Origin: an uncultured Clostridia bacterium | GTDB taxonomy: Bacteria > Bacillota > Clostridia > Christensenellales > UBA1242 | Direction: 5' to 3' | NCBI GenBank assembly: GCA_944383915.1 | Contig: CALWRJ010000023.1 | Coordinates: forward strand, 10,274-74,273 | DNA length: 64,000 nucleotides | Part shown: one piece after another, positions 45,543-56,335 of the stretch | Layout of the letters: each line of letters opens with the position of its first letter | Position numbering within the stretch: position 1 is the stretch's first letter | Notes under the pieces: generated by a model | The model's database searches: none | Told to the model about the DNA's origin: nothing | The model's input: the letters and a program-made list of their open reading frames with translations, nothing else | Made by a program: the position numbers and the translations under genes

Positions 45543-46476
45543 AGTGCGCTTTCCCCGCGCTAAGTAATACATCTTTCATTTTGCCAGCCACAAAATCGCG
45601 CATAGCGTCTTTGCAGGCTTGCAAGTATTTACGGGGGTCAAAAATGGTTGGGTTCTCTACTAAAAACTTGCGAATTGTTGCGGTAAACGCAAGACGCAAG
45701 TCTGTATCGCAGTTGACTTTGCTAATGCCGTGCTTACAAGCCTCGCGAATTTCCTCCTCGGGCACGCCCTTTGCCCCTACGATATTTCCGCCGTACTCGT
45801 TAATAGTTTTAACAAAATTTTGTGGCACGCTACTTGCTCCGTGCAAAACGAGTGGCACTTCGGGAAGTAACGAATTGATTTGCTCCAAAATATCGATGCG
45901 CAACTTCGCGTCCCCTGTAAACTTGTACGCGCCGTGACTTGTGCCGATTGCGATTGCAAGGCTATCCACCCCTGTTTTCTTGACAAAATCGACTGCTTGC
46001 TCGGGGTCTGTGTATTTGTGAACATCGCTTTTTACATCGTCCTCAACACCCGCAAGCACGCCCAATTCCCCTTCGACAACGACTCCGTGCTTGTGCGCGT
46101 ATTCCACGACTTTTTTAGTAATCGCGATATTTTCCTCGTACGGCAAACTACTTCCGTCTATCATAACAGAATTAAACCCTAAATCAATGACATCGCGAAC
46201 AATTTCAAAGTTCTTTCCGTGGTCCAAATGCAAAGCCACTGGAATATCTGTCATCTCGGTTACCACGCCTACAACGTGCTTTATATAGCGCGGTTCGGCA
46301 TATTTTAGCCCGCCTTCACTAAGTGCTAAAATTACAGGCGAACGCGACATTTCCGCCGCGTCTACAATAGCACGCATAATTTCAATACTGCTAAAATTAA
46401 AAGCGCCGACAGCGTAGTGTTCTTTCTTCGCTTTTAATAGCATATCGCATTCATTTGTTAATTGATTAAGTCTCAT
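45541..46476 (-). CDS. fba: class II fructose-bisphosphate aldolase
   Basis: ORF-track ORF 45541-46488. I prefer the ATG at 46476, preceded by GGAGGG. Motifs ALHLDHG, GELG and GTSHGAYKF. Confidence 0.85.
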   Translation of the reverse strand: MRLNQLTNECDMLLKAKKEHYAVGAFNFSSIEIMRAIVDAAEMSRSPVILALSEGGLKYAEPRYIKHVVGVVTEMTDIPVALHLDHGKNFEIVRDVIDLGFNSVMIDGSSLPYEENIAITKKVVEYAHKHGVVVEGELGVLAGVEDDVKSDVHKYTDPEQAVDFVKKTGVDSLAIAIGTSHGAYKFTGDAKLRIDILEQINSLLPEVPLVLHGASSVPQNFVKTINEYGGNIVGAKGVPEEEIREACKHGISKVNCDTDLRLAFTATIRKFLVENPTIFDPRKYLQACKDAMRDFVAGKMKDVLLSAGKAH

Positions 46477-46687
46477 AATACCCTCCATAACTTTCGCTTA
46501 AAAAACTTTATAGTTTTAAGCAAAATCAAAAATAGTATGATAATTTTACCCTAATTCATTTAAAAATGCAAACAAATTACAAATATATGCTTAAATTCAT
46601 TTGAAAAAAAACAAATAAAATAATATAATATGTATAAACTATTTGTATAATGTAGTTTTTTAAGAGAAAAATAGAGAGGTATCGACT

Positions 46688-48091
46688 ATGATTTCACTCG
46701 TGGTTACCGCGGACACCAAAAATTACAACCCCGCCGAGCGCGACTTAGCCTTTTCGGCGTTGCTTGCAAAGTACAAAGAACCATTTGAAATTGTGTATGT
46801 TGCGAACGCAGACTACCCCTACCTTGACGAACTCCGTAAAATCGCTTCTGGAAATGACAGAAAACTTGTAGTTACTGCGCCAACAACGAATATTAATACA
46901 CAAATCTACACAGCACTAGACTATACGGACAACGGTGATGTTTTGCTAGCGACACTAGACACCAATCTTGCTCTAATTCAGAAAATTATCGAAAAGCACC
47001 GTGAAGGCGCTGATTTGGTATTTGTTAAGCAACAAGAAAATTGGTTTAAAAATATGTTTATCGCACTTGGGCGCGCTACCTATCAATTAGGGCTAAAAAT
47101 ACTCGGGCGCGGGCACGATATGTGCTGTGACGCGCGCGTCTTGTTTTTAAACAATCGTTCGGTAAATACAATTATTTTAAACCCAACTTTAAGTAAGGCT
47201 TTAAGGCTTGTCAACCCAGACCCTGACAAAACTTCGCGCATTCTTGACGAAAAAGTCATTTACGACAACCCCACGCCTACGCAAAAAGGCGCAAACAATT
47301 CGTTTATGTCGCTTGGTATCGTTTCGCTATTTTATATAATTGCCCTACTTGTCCTTGCAATCGTTTTCCCACTATGCAATTCGGGCGTTTACACCGTTTG
47401 GATACTTGTCGCACTAATTTTGTGGCTTGTACTAGGAATTATCGGCTGTGTCGTTGTCGCGAAATTTATTTACAACACGCGACTAGGACTGCCCGTTGCT
47501 ATAAATCTGGCTGGCGAGCCGATAATTAATATTACCGAAGTCGTGGCAAGCGAATACCAAACTGTATTTGACGAAAACGAACCAATTACTACCCCAAACA
47601 CCGCTTTCGCTGATGAAATTGATGAAAATGAAAGCGAAAATGTCGATGTTGATGTAGTAAATCTTGACGAAACGATTGTAGACCTTGATAACACAGAAAC
47701 CGCAGAAAATGACACAAAGTCTGCGCAAAACGAAACAAAGGACGCAAAAACAAGCGCTAAGGCAAAACAAAGCGCAACTTCAAAAGCGAAAATTACTTCA
47801 AGTAAAGCAAGAGCGCAAAGCGAAACAGACACTTTAAATATTGCTGAAACCGAAAACACGACTAAAAAAGCAGAAAACACTTCAAGCGATGCTAAAACGG
47901 AAAGCGCCAAAACAACTAAAAAAGCAACACAATCCCCTAGCACCGCAAAGAAAACAACAACTAATAAGAAAACGACTAAATCAAGCACGAAAACAACAAC
48001 CAAAAAAGCAAGTGCTACTAAAACAACCGCAAAAAAATCAACTAAAACAGGCGCAAAGAAACCGAAGGTTTCAGTGCGTAACCGCACTTCA

Positions 48092-48097
<6 letters not shown>
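46688..48097 (+). CDS. membrane protein with a degenerate GT2-like N-terminal domain and a K/T-rich disordered tail (469 aa)
   Basis: N-terminal 190 aa loosely GT2-like (EIVYVANADYP, GDVLLATLDTN). Two TM helices and a low-complexity lysine/threonine tail. The TAG stop (48095-48097) is inside the first AATTAGC heptamer of the downstream repeat. Confidence 0.55.
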
Positions 48098-49514
<1,417 letters not shown>

Positions 49515-49515
49515 A

Positions 49516-49572
49516 ACAACTTCGTTGTAAATCAAAAATCTTTTAAAAAACAATTCTTAACAACGAAGTTGT
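49516..49572 (+). terminator. 13-bp inverted repeat after gap (31-nt loop)
   Basis: ACAACTTCGTTGT (49516-49528) and ACAACGAAGTTGT (49560-49572). Confidence 0.35.
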
Positions 49573-49743
49573 AATTAGCAATTAGCAATTAGCAGTTGTT
49601 GTGCGCGTGCGCGCAAGCCTACTTGCTTCGCAAGAATTATCAGTTAATGCTGGGTATTAAATTAATATTATTTAGATAATTTCATCCTTAATTCAAAATT
49701 CCTAATTCAAAATTCAAAATTGGAGCGAAAGCGACAAAAGGAG
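49573..49743. repeat. mosaic intergenic element L13
   Basis: (AATTAGC)x3, then GTGCGCGTGCGCGCAAGCCTAC, an AT linker and an AATTCAA-type array. The terminal module GGAGCGAAAGCGACAAAAGGAG carries the RBS of the TM2 gene. Confidence 0.9.
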
Positions 49744-49750
49744 TCCCCCA

Positions 49751-50224
49751 ATGCGCTGTCCAAACTGTGGTGCAAGAATGAATAAACAAGCGGGCATTTG
49801 CCTAAAATGTGGAACGCGCTTATCTCAAATCCAGACAGCGAGTTTTCAGGCAGTAAAAAAAGCCCGCGCCGAATATCAGCCCGAAAAAGTTGTATACATT
49901 ACCTATTGGCCAAAAGACCTAAACTGGTTACATACGCTATTGTGGTGTATATTCCTAGGGCTTTTTGGCGCGCACTACTTTTATGTTAGGCGCTATGTCC
50001 CAGGGCTAATTTTTCTAATCGGCTGGACAGTTTTTGTGCTCTTTTTTACAATCTCAGGAATAACTCTCGGCGGTGGCGGAATACCTGTGTTTACGGGAAA
50101 CCTGCAAATACTCTCGATTTTTATTGCAATGATGGGCGCGCTAATTTTTGTGTATTGGATATACGACATCATTCGCATCGCCTTAAAGCGCTTTAAAGTC
50201 CCTGTTGTAATTGAAACAAAATAA
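49751..50224 (+). CDS. zinc-ribbon plus TM2-domain membrane protein (157 aa)
   Basis: N-terminal CPNCG...CLKCG zinc ribbon. TM2-like segment LLWCIFLGLFGAHYFYVRRY. Its RBS (AAAGGAG) is part of a repeat-derived module. Confidence 0.65.
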   Translation: MRCPNCGARMNKQAGICLKCGTRLSQIQTASFQAVKKARAEYQPEKVVYITYWPKDLNWLHTLLWCIFLGLFGAHYFYVRRYVPGLIFLIGWTVFVLFFTISGITLGGGGIPVFTGNLQILSIFIAMMGALIFVYWIYDIIRIALKRFKVPVVIETK

Positions 50225-50227
50225 CAA

Positions 50228-50255
50228 GCGAAGCAGTAATTACGCTCCGCTTTTT
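50228..50255 (+). terminator. putative terminator after the TM2 gene
   Basis: GCGAAGC...GCTCCGC stem (1 mismatch) followed by TTTTT. Confidence 0.45.
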
Positions 50256-50289
50256 AAATTTTAAATTTTGTTTTAATTTTATGATATTT

Positions 50290-50565
50290 AGCAAAAATTT
50301 TTGCTGGTAGCAAAATCTTTTTGCACATAAAACAAAATGCTTCGCATTATTTTTTGCACTCCGTGCAGGGCGGGGATAGAGCCCCCGCAGGCTCAATAGC
50401 GTATGCAAGCATACGCGGAAGTCCGTAAATACAATTTCTTTGCTTTTTTATGTTAATGCTAAATTATGCTAGTTAAAAAAGGTTTTCATTTTCTTTAAAG
50501 CTTCGCGCGCTAGCGCCCCTTAATTCAAATTTCCTAATTCAAAATTTAAAATTCGAGCGATAGCG
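50290..50565. repeat. mosaic intergenic element L14
   Basis: GCAAAAATTTTTGC-type hairpins. GC cassette at 50356-50430. Junction GCTTCGCGCGCTAGCGCC. AATTCAA-type array. CGAGCGATAGCG module. Confidence 0.85.
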
Positions 50566-50572
50566 AAAAAAG

Positions 50573-50597
50573 GCGCAGGGTTTCCCCTGCGCTTTTT
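50573..50597 (+). terminator. strong GC-rich terminator hairpin
   Basis: GCGCAGGG-TTTC-CCCTGCGC, flanked by an A-run and a T-run. Confidence 0.65.
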
Positions 50598-50913
50598 CTT
50601 TTGTAAAAATGTAAAATAAAATTGTAATTTTCTTTTGTACTTTTATGACCTTTTCATTTGTACGAAATAAATATATCATTTTATTTTATAAAAAGCAATG
50701 TTTTAGACAAAAAAAGACAATATTTAACATAAAAATTAAAATGATAGGATAATAGAAATATCGAACGGTGTGCAGGAGTTGAACACGATTGTTCAAACTA
50801 AAAAAGCCTTAAAAGCACTTCCCTTTCTTTCCAAAATTTAAATATCATCAAGCAAACAGCGCAAGTTTCGGTAATAAAAATGCTTATACTTTATATAAAG
50901 CCCTACGCATAAC

Positions 50914-50936
50914 AAAAAAGCACCAAAAAAGGTGCT
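50914..50936 (-). terminator. terminator of the ogg-NYN operon
   Basis: AGCACC-AAAAAA-GGTGCT with a T-run on the minus strand. Confidence 0.55.
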
Positions 50937-50980
50937 ACTTTTTATTTTACGCAGAATTATAGTGCTTTTTCCGTACTTTT

Positions 50981-51628
50981 CTATTTCAAAATTGAAAGCA
51001 AATCTTCAAGACTGCTGTAAAGGTCCTCTTCCTCCTCGTCAATATCATCACCTTTTGACGCGAGAATTTCCTCGATTTCGCTTATCAACTCTTGTCTTTC
51101 TTTCATAGCCGAAGCGTCATCGCTCATCGCAGCGCTCGAACGCTCACTAATGTTGCGCAAGCGGTCCGAAAGTTCCTTTTTAGATAGTTTGCTCGGCTTT
51201 GCATAATGTACGCTCAAAGTGATTTTTTGGTCGTACATATGGTCGTTACCGTCTGTCGTTTCGGTGGCAACGGTCAAAAGTTGCTTGTTGTTTGCACGCA
51301 AGAACGAAAGAAGTGGCACAAGGTCGCCGTCCCCCGCTACGATTGCGAACGCGTCAATAAATGGCTTTGTGTGTACTAAATTAACAGCGTCAATAATGAT
51401 TCGCGTGTCGAGTTGCGACTTTGCGCGCTTTTTATAGCGCATTGTTGGGGTGCTTTCAAAACCGTATTTTTCGATTACTTCATCAAAACGAATGTGCTTG
51501 CGCTCGTTAAAGCCGTACACCTTGCAGTACGCGAGTTTCCCCACCTTACTCACCTGTTCGATAATGTCCTTAAAGACATTTAAACTAACTTTTGCGTTGT
51601 CTATGTCGATTAAAAGTGCAATTTGCAT
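50981..51628 (-). CDS. NYN/LabA-like domain protein with an acidic C-terminal tail
   Basis: ORF-track ORF 50981-51643. I prefer the ATG at 51628, 8 nt after GGAGG. Pattern IALLIDIDN ... DTRIIIDAV ... IVAGDGDLVPLL is typical of NYN (LabA-like) domains. Starts 18 nt after the ogg stop. Confidence 0.6.
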   Translation of the reverse strand: MQIALLIDIDNAKVSLNVFKDIIEQVSKVGKLAYCKVYGFNERKHIRFDEVIEKYGFESTPTMRYKKRAKSQLDTRIIIDAVNLVHTKPFIDAFAIVAGDGDLVPLLSFLRANNKQLLTVATETTDGNDHMYDQKITLSVHYAKPSKLSKKELSDRLRNISERSSAAMSDDASAMKERQELISEIEEILASKGDDIDEEEEDLYSSLEDLLSILK

Positions 51629-51646
51629 AATTTTTTCCTCCAAAAT

Positions 51647-52489
51647 TTACTTTCTGCTTAAATAACGCTTGTAGTAAAAGAGATATTGCTGGCAGTAACC
51701 ACTGTCTAATTTGAAAGTGTCCACAAAGTACTTCGCAATTTTGTTGCGGTTCGTTTCCGTGCCTTTAAAGTCCTCGTGGTAAACCTTATCAATCCAAGTG
51801 TCCACAGGGAAAACATCATACTTATTTAGCCCGAATAAAAGAATGCAGTCCGCCACCTTAGGCCCAACACCTTTTAGCGTCAGCAATTTTTCCCGAGCGT
51901 TTAGAGTATCTAACTCTTTTACTTCGTCAAGAAAATCAGTCGTATTAAGTCTTGAAATCGTGTCTACCAAATACGGCGCGCGGTAACCACAACCAGCCGA
52001 AACAAAATCATCGACTGTCGCGTGGCTCAACTCTTTTAAAGTTGGAAAAGCGTACCCCCACGGCATCTTTTTACCAAACTTTCTCGCGATTTTCTCAACG
52101 CTTCCCTGTATTCGCGGAATGTTGTTGTTTGCCGAAATGATAAAGTTTATAATGACCTCGGCTAGCGGTTGGCGAAGCAGTCTAACACCACGCCCATAAG
52201 CGAGAGCGGGTTGCAATATCTCAAATTTCTCCAGCCTTGATAGTATCATATCATAATTTGTGCCAAAATCAAAATAATTTGCAAAGAATTTTGGATTTGT
52301 TGTGCAAATTTCGTAATTTTTGGGGGTTATCTCGCAAATTTTAGCAATATTATCCCCAGAAATCACCCACCAAGTGCCATCTTTTTCGTGACCATAGCGA
52401 AAAACTTGCCCGCTCGCAAGCACGCCGTCAGGGGTAAATGTGTCCGCATCAGTGAGTATTATTTTGTCATTCGTTACTTCGTATTTCAT
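51647..52489 (-). CDS. ogg: 8-oxoguanine DNA glycosylase / HhH-GPD family base-excision enzyme
   Basis: HhH-GPD signature LTLKGVGPKVADCILLFGL...FPVDTW, plus an OGG-like N-terminal domain. Confidence 0.7.
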   Translation of the reverse strand: MKYEVTNDKIILTDADTFTPDGVLASGQVFRYGHEKDGTWWVISGDNIAKICEITPKNYEICTTNPKFFANYFDFGTNYDMILSRLEKFEILQPALAYGRGVRLLRQPLAEVIINFIISANNNIPRIQGSVEKIARKFGKKMPWGYAFPTLKELSHATVDDFVSAGCGYRAPYLVDTISRLNTTDFLDEVKELDTLNAREKLLTLKGVGPKVADCILLFGLNKYDVFPVDTWIDKVYHEDFKGTETNRNKIAKYFVDTFKLDSGYCQQYLFYYKRYLSRK

Positions 52490-52533
52490 AACTTCTATTA
52501 TATCATTATAAATAGAATTTGTAAATAAATTTA

Positions 52534-52905
52534 CTCGCTTTGCGTGAATTAGCAGTTAGCAATATACTACGCAAAGCGAGAATTAGCAATGAGCAATCTT
52601 ATTCGCTAACGCTCAAATTAGCAATTAGCAATTAGCAGTTAATGTGCGCTAGCGCGCAAACAATTTATAGTTAAATAAACTTTCTTTTAATTTAAAATTA
52701 ACAAAATAAAGAAATGTAATAATATTTACGGACTTCCGCGCATTTATGCGCTATTGGGAGTGCGCCTTCGCACCGCACCGCGCGTAGCGGAAAAAATAAA
52801 ATAATTAGGAATTAGTAATTAGGAATTAAGGATAAATATATATTTATTTTGTTTCTGTGCAAAAAGATTTTGCGCTAGCAAAAATTTTTGCCAAAATCTA
52901 ACAAA
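52534..52905. repeat. mosaic intergenic element L15
   Basis: 12-bp-stem hairpin CTCGCTTTGCGT...ACGCAAAGCGAG (52534-52580) enclosing a heptamer array. CTTATTCGCTAACGCTC plus an AATTAGC array. GTGCGCTAGCGCGC. GC cassette at 52734-52790 (minus orientation). AATTAGG/AATTAGT array. GCAAAAA hairpins. Confidence 0.9.
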
Positions 52906-52934
52906 AACAAAAACTCTACAAAAAAAACAAAAAA

Positions 52935-53726
52935 TTAATTTTTGCTCTCATTGTTTTTCATTAACATAGCGATTTTTGTGTTTTCGTAAACGATTGGCAC
53001 ATCGAGTTTGCTTTTAGCGAAATCAAGAAGTTCCTGACTCGTGGTCGCGATTTGTATACCATTATTTAAAATTGTGCAGTACAGCCCTGCGTTTTGGCAC
53101 GCAAAATAACCTGGGAAAACATCCCACGGATACGCCTTTTTATTCACCACCGCATTCACCTTTCCCGCGAGCAAAAAAGCATAACTTGCGACCGAAGTCC
53201 CAAGGCTACGCACCCCTTGACTAGTTTTAAACAACGCATCCCAAAGCAAGTGCCTAGGCTCGTTGCCGTCTATTAGCCACATCGAATGCTCTAAGTCCGT
53301 CTTTAAAAACTCGGCTTTTTCGCCGTTTACGAGCGTCCCCATACCTTTTGCCGACTCGATAAAAATTTTAAACTCTGGTAAATATATCACGCTCGCCACC
53401 GTGTCCCCGTTTTCAAAATATGATAACTGTATCCCCCAAAACGGAAGCCCGTGCGAAAAATTTTTCGTACCGTCTATTGGGTCGATTGTAAAGCAAGTGT
53501 TAGAAATGGCTTGGTCGCTGTTGTACTCCTCACTCACAATACTTGCGTTTGGATAATGCTTGTTAATCTCGTCTATGCAGTGGCGCTCAATCATTAAGTC
53601 TAGGTCAGTAACAACATCGCGCGCCCCTTTATCCATAATTTTATAAACCTTGTTCTTATTTATGATTTTTTCGGCATCGCGCGCGAGTTTTGCCATAAAT
53701 TTAACAACATTAGCGTAATTTTCCAC
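52935..53726 (-). CDS. inositol monophosphatase family protein
   Basis: ORF-track ORF 52935-53831. I prefer the GTG at 53726, 8 nt after AAAGGAG. Motifs EE(Y), IDPIDGTKNF and WDV. Confidence 0.75.
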   Translation of the reverse strand: MENYANVVKFMAKLARDAEKIINKNKVYKIMDKGARDVVTDLDLMIERHCIDEINKHYPNASIVSEEYNSDQAISNTCFTIDPIDGTKNFSHGLPFWGIQLSYFENGDTVASVIYLPEFKIFIESAKGMGTLVNGEKAEFLKTDLEHSMWLIDGNEPRHLLWDALFKTSQGVRSLGTSVASYAFLLAGKVNAVVNKKAYPWDVFPGYFACQNAGLYCTILNNGIQIATTSQELLDFAKSKLDVPIVYENTKIAMLMKNNESKN

Positions 53727-53934
53727 TTTATTTACTCCTTTTTGCAATAAAAAATTAGAAAAAAACTTTCTCCCCTTTTGCACTATATTATGAAATTTAA
53801 AACAAACTCTGCGCAAAAAGGAAATTTTCAAAATATTGCCAACTTTTTTAAATTTTTAGCCTTTCGAATTATTTTTTGTTAGAATAAAAATTATTATATC
53901 ACATTTTTTTATTTTTTCAAAACAAAAAAGAGTC

Positions 53935-54828
53935 CTAAAACTCTCTTTTATCTTTTTTATTTAAATCACCGATTGTGGCGTTACTGCGGACAAATTCATC
54001 AAAATGCCTTGCGCTTTCGTCAATCTGCCTAAACGACTCAATGAAATCTGCCCCGTCTACTCGCTCATACAAATCACCATTTTTGCGGAAAGAGTCCATC
54101 ATTTCATAAATTTTTGTCGAACTCAAATTTTCCTTCTGCTTAAAATCAATGTTGAAATTTTTAAAAATATACTCGGTGGCGCTCTTTACATCGCTAATTT
54201 CGTCTTGCGGAATATTTTTAAACTTCTTGCGCTCGTCATCTAATGGATTAATTTTCATAGGCTCGGTATAAAATAATTTTGCATCATCGCCATCGAAGCC
54301 ACCGCGAAGTCCTAGCAAAGTGCAGTCGCCGTCCTTATACCCTCCAACAACCGCCTTCGCCCTAAACCCGAAAAACTTTTCAGAACGCGGAGATTGCAAA
54401 ACTTCAAGGTTATATATAACTGGCAACGAATCATTCTTTATCCAAGGCGCGAGCATATAAAACCTAGTTACCGAATAATCGTTATGCGATTCTGAAACAT
54501 ATTTTGAGGACGCATTTTTAATAATAATTTTGGGAGTTGAAAGCATTTCTTGCAAATCGTCTGCGGTGTAATAAAAATTATACTTTGTCGGCGAAAAACT
54601 TTTAGGAAGGTTCGCCGTAGTATAATCTACCCCTGTTTTAAATCTAGGGTCAGTTATATCATACCCCTTTTCCCAGTAACGAAATTTCTCTTTTTCAGTT
54701 AAGACTGATGCAAGCATAGATACAAACGCAGGCTTGTTGTTAAGACTCATTTTTACATATTCTTTTTTAGGCTCTTCAAAATGCACTCTGTATTTGTTGT
54801 ACTTGCTCTTTTTTCCGTAATTTTCCAC
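53935..54828 (-). CDS. hypothetical protein (297 aa)
   Basis: ORF track with a GTG start. No family recognised. A TGCATAGTAC motif cluster lies 170-245 nt upstream. Confidence 0.5.
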   Translation of the reverse strand: MENYGKKSKYNKYRVHFEEPKKEYVKMSLNNKPAFVSMLASVLTEKEKFRYWEKGYDITDPRFKTGVDYTTANLPKSFSPTKYNFYYTADDLQEMLSTPKIIIKNASSKYVSESHNDYSVTRFYMLAPWIKNDSLPVIYNLEVLQSPRSEKFFGFRAKAVVGGYKDGDCTLLGLRGGFDGDDAKLFYTEPMKINPLDDERKKFKNIPQDEISDVKSATEYIFKNFNIDFKQKENLSSTKIYEMMDSFRKNGDLYERVDGADFIESFRQIDESARHFDEFVRSNATIGDLNKKDKREF

Positions 54829-54997
54829 TTTTTCTACCTATATCCTTTCACTTTTATTTTACCACAAAATTTATATTTAATCAATCTTTTTTATTGCCAA
54901 ACACTAATTATTAAATAAAATTTCCCCATATCTATTTACTTTCTCTAAAAATTTTATTGCAATATTAGTTTTAAATAATAATTTTAAGCAAAATATA

Positions 54998-55073
54998 TGC
55001 ATAGTACCTAAATTTGCGCATAATTTTATGTTAAAATGCGTGCATAGTACTATGCATACTACTTGCATAGTAC
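54998..55073. repeat. cluster of 4-5 TGCATAGTAC-type motifs including a perfect 16-bp palindrome
   Basis: TGCATAGTAC at 54998, 55041 and 55064. TGCATACTAC at 55053. Degenerate TGCGCATAAT at about 55015. TGCATAGTACTATGCA at 55041-55056 is a perfect palindrome. Confidence 0.9.
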
Positions 55074-55142
55074 CTTATTTTTTACTTTTCAAATATCCTT
55101 AAAGAAACAAAAAAACACCGCTTTTGCGATGTCTTAATATAT

Positions 55143-55415
55143 TTAAGCAATTACAGAAACAACTTTCTTGTTTTGCTTTGTGCGTGTAAATTTCACAGTA
55201 CCTGCTTTTGTGGCAAAAAGTGTGTAATCTCTACCACAGCCGACATTGTCCCCAGCGTGCACTTGTGTGCCGCGTTGACGCACAATAATTTCGCCTGCTT
55301 TAACAAGTGTGCCGTCCGAACGCTTGATACCTAAACGCTTTGCTTCGCTATCTCTACCGTTCTTACTGCTACCTTGTCCTTTCTTGTGGGCGAATAATTG
55401 AATATTAATAAACAT
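55143..55415 (-). CDS. rpmA: 50S ribosomal protein L27 with a cleavable N-terminal extension
   Basis: ORF-track ORF 55143-55469. True start is the ATG at 55415, after [18 protein letters not shown] matches the Prp cleavage motif of Firmicutes L27. Confidence 0.9.
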   Translation of the reverse strand: MFINIQLFAHKKGQGSSKNGRDSEAKRLGIKRSDGTLVKAGEIIVRQRGTQVHAGDNVGCGRDYTLFATKAGTVKFTRTKQNKKVVSVIA

Positions 55416-55737
55416 TGTTGACCTCCAATTCAATAAAATCGCTGTACTCGCTATATAAGTCCCCAACACCGCACATCATTGTTGCAAAAATTACTTGCAC
55501 ATCGTGTGCGACTTCGCTAGACAAATTTTGCGGTACTATTATTTCCAAATAGGCTTCATCGCGAATTATTTCGACCCCAGCACCCGCAACCGTGAGCATT
55601 CCCAGCGCCGCCGTCTGCACTATGCTACTAATCGCACTGCAAACGATGTCCTCGCCTTCTACTCCGTAGCCTGTGTGCCCAGAACAAATAATTCTAGTGT
55701 ACTTATCGCCTTTTTTGAAAACTTGTATACTTGTCAT
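55405..55737 (-). CDS. prp: ribosomal-processing cysteine protease Prp
   Basis: Located between rplU and rpmA. Motifs SGHTGY and DIVCSAISS are typical of Prp/YsxB. GGAGG RBS. Confidence 0.8.
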   Translation of the reverse strand: MTSIQVFKKGDKYTRIICSGHTGYGVEGEDIVCSAISSIVQTAALGMLTVAGAGVEIIRDEAYLEIIVPQNLSSEVAHDVQVIFATMMCGVGDLYSEYSDFIELEVNNVY

Positions 55738-55758
55738 AATGACCTCCTACTTTAAGGT

Positions 55759-56067
55759 CTATTTCTTTATAGCATCGATTTTAATCTTGCTAAAAGGTTG
55801 TCGGTGACCTTGTGCACGGTGGTGCCCATTCATCTTTTTGTAAATGGCTAGTTGCACCTTTTTACCTTTTCCGTGTTCAAGAACGGTAGCAGTAACACTC
55901 GCGCCTGCGATTTCAGGGTTGCCGAAAACGCTTCCCTTCTCATCACCAAGCATAAGCGGAACAAAAGTAACCTTAGAATTAACTTCTGCGTCAAGGCGTT
56001 CTACATTAATAACATCGCCAGCCTGCACCTTGTACTGCTTGCCACCTGTTTTGATAATAGCGTACAT
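55759..56067 (-). CDS. rplU: 50S ribosomal protein L21
   Basis: MYAIIKTGGKQYKV N-terminus and GHRQPFSKIKI. First gene of the rplU-prp-rpmA operon. Confidence 0.9.
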   Translation of the reverse strand: MYAIIKTGGKQYKVQAGDVINVERLDAEVNSKVTFVPLMLGDEKGSVFGNPEIAGASVTATVLEHGKGKKVQLAIYKKMNGHHRAQGHRQPFSKIKIDAIKK

Positions 56068-56254
56068 AAATTTCCCTCCTCATACCAATCTCGCTGTATG
56101 GGGCGCGCCAATTTTTAATATTGTGCAATTTTAGAAATTCAAAACAAATAATTTTTGCTTTAAAAACATCTGCTTTACTCTAAATGCTTTAAATAATTTC
56201 TAAATAGCACCAAAACGCAAATTTGATTGCATTTTTTAAAAAAAGTTTTGGCGA

Positions 56255-56291
56255 CTTAAAAAGAAAGCCCGTTCCATGCGGATACGGGTTT
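56255..56291 (-). terminator. rho-independent terminator after ORF 56336-57202
   Basis: Minus-strand AAACCCGT-ATCCGCATGGA-ACGGGCTT, followed by TCTTTTT. Confidence 0.6.
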
Positions 56292-56335
56292 AAGTATAAC
56301 ATAATTAATTAAAAGTGTCAATATTAATTTAATCA

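Noticed and set aside
47470-48087. Long antisense ORFs opposite real genes (e.g. 47470-48087, 39875-40447, 3035-3619, 28979-29734, 36956-37420, 38554-38931, 42176-42589, 20691-21107)
   Set aside because: These are shadow ORFs on the strand opposite well-supported genes. They are low-complexity or Ser/Leu/Phe-rich, with no RBS and no recognisable motifs.
50779-50796. Near-perfect palindrome TTGAACACGATTGTTCAA, considered as a LexA box
   Set aside because: The GAAC and GTTC half-sites are separated by 6 nt, not the 4 nt of the Cheo box. It is a possible operator of unknown specificity, but there is too little context to report.
55013-55037. TTTGCGCATAATTTTATGTTAAAAT resembles the two arms of a XerCD dif site (GCGCATAA ... 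TTATGTTAAAT)
   Set aside because: The arms are separated by 2 nt instead of the required 6-nt central region. The left arm is better explained as a degenerate copy of the TGCATAGTAC-type motif.
56068-56254. Possible ribosomal L21-leader RNA upstream of rplU
   Set aside because: The position is right for the Firmicutes L21 leader, and a small hairpin (CATAC...GTATG) precedes the RBS. I cannot recall the consensus well enough to support a call without a covariance-model search.
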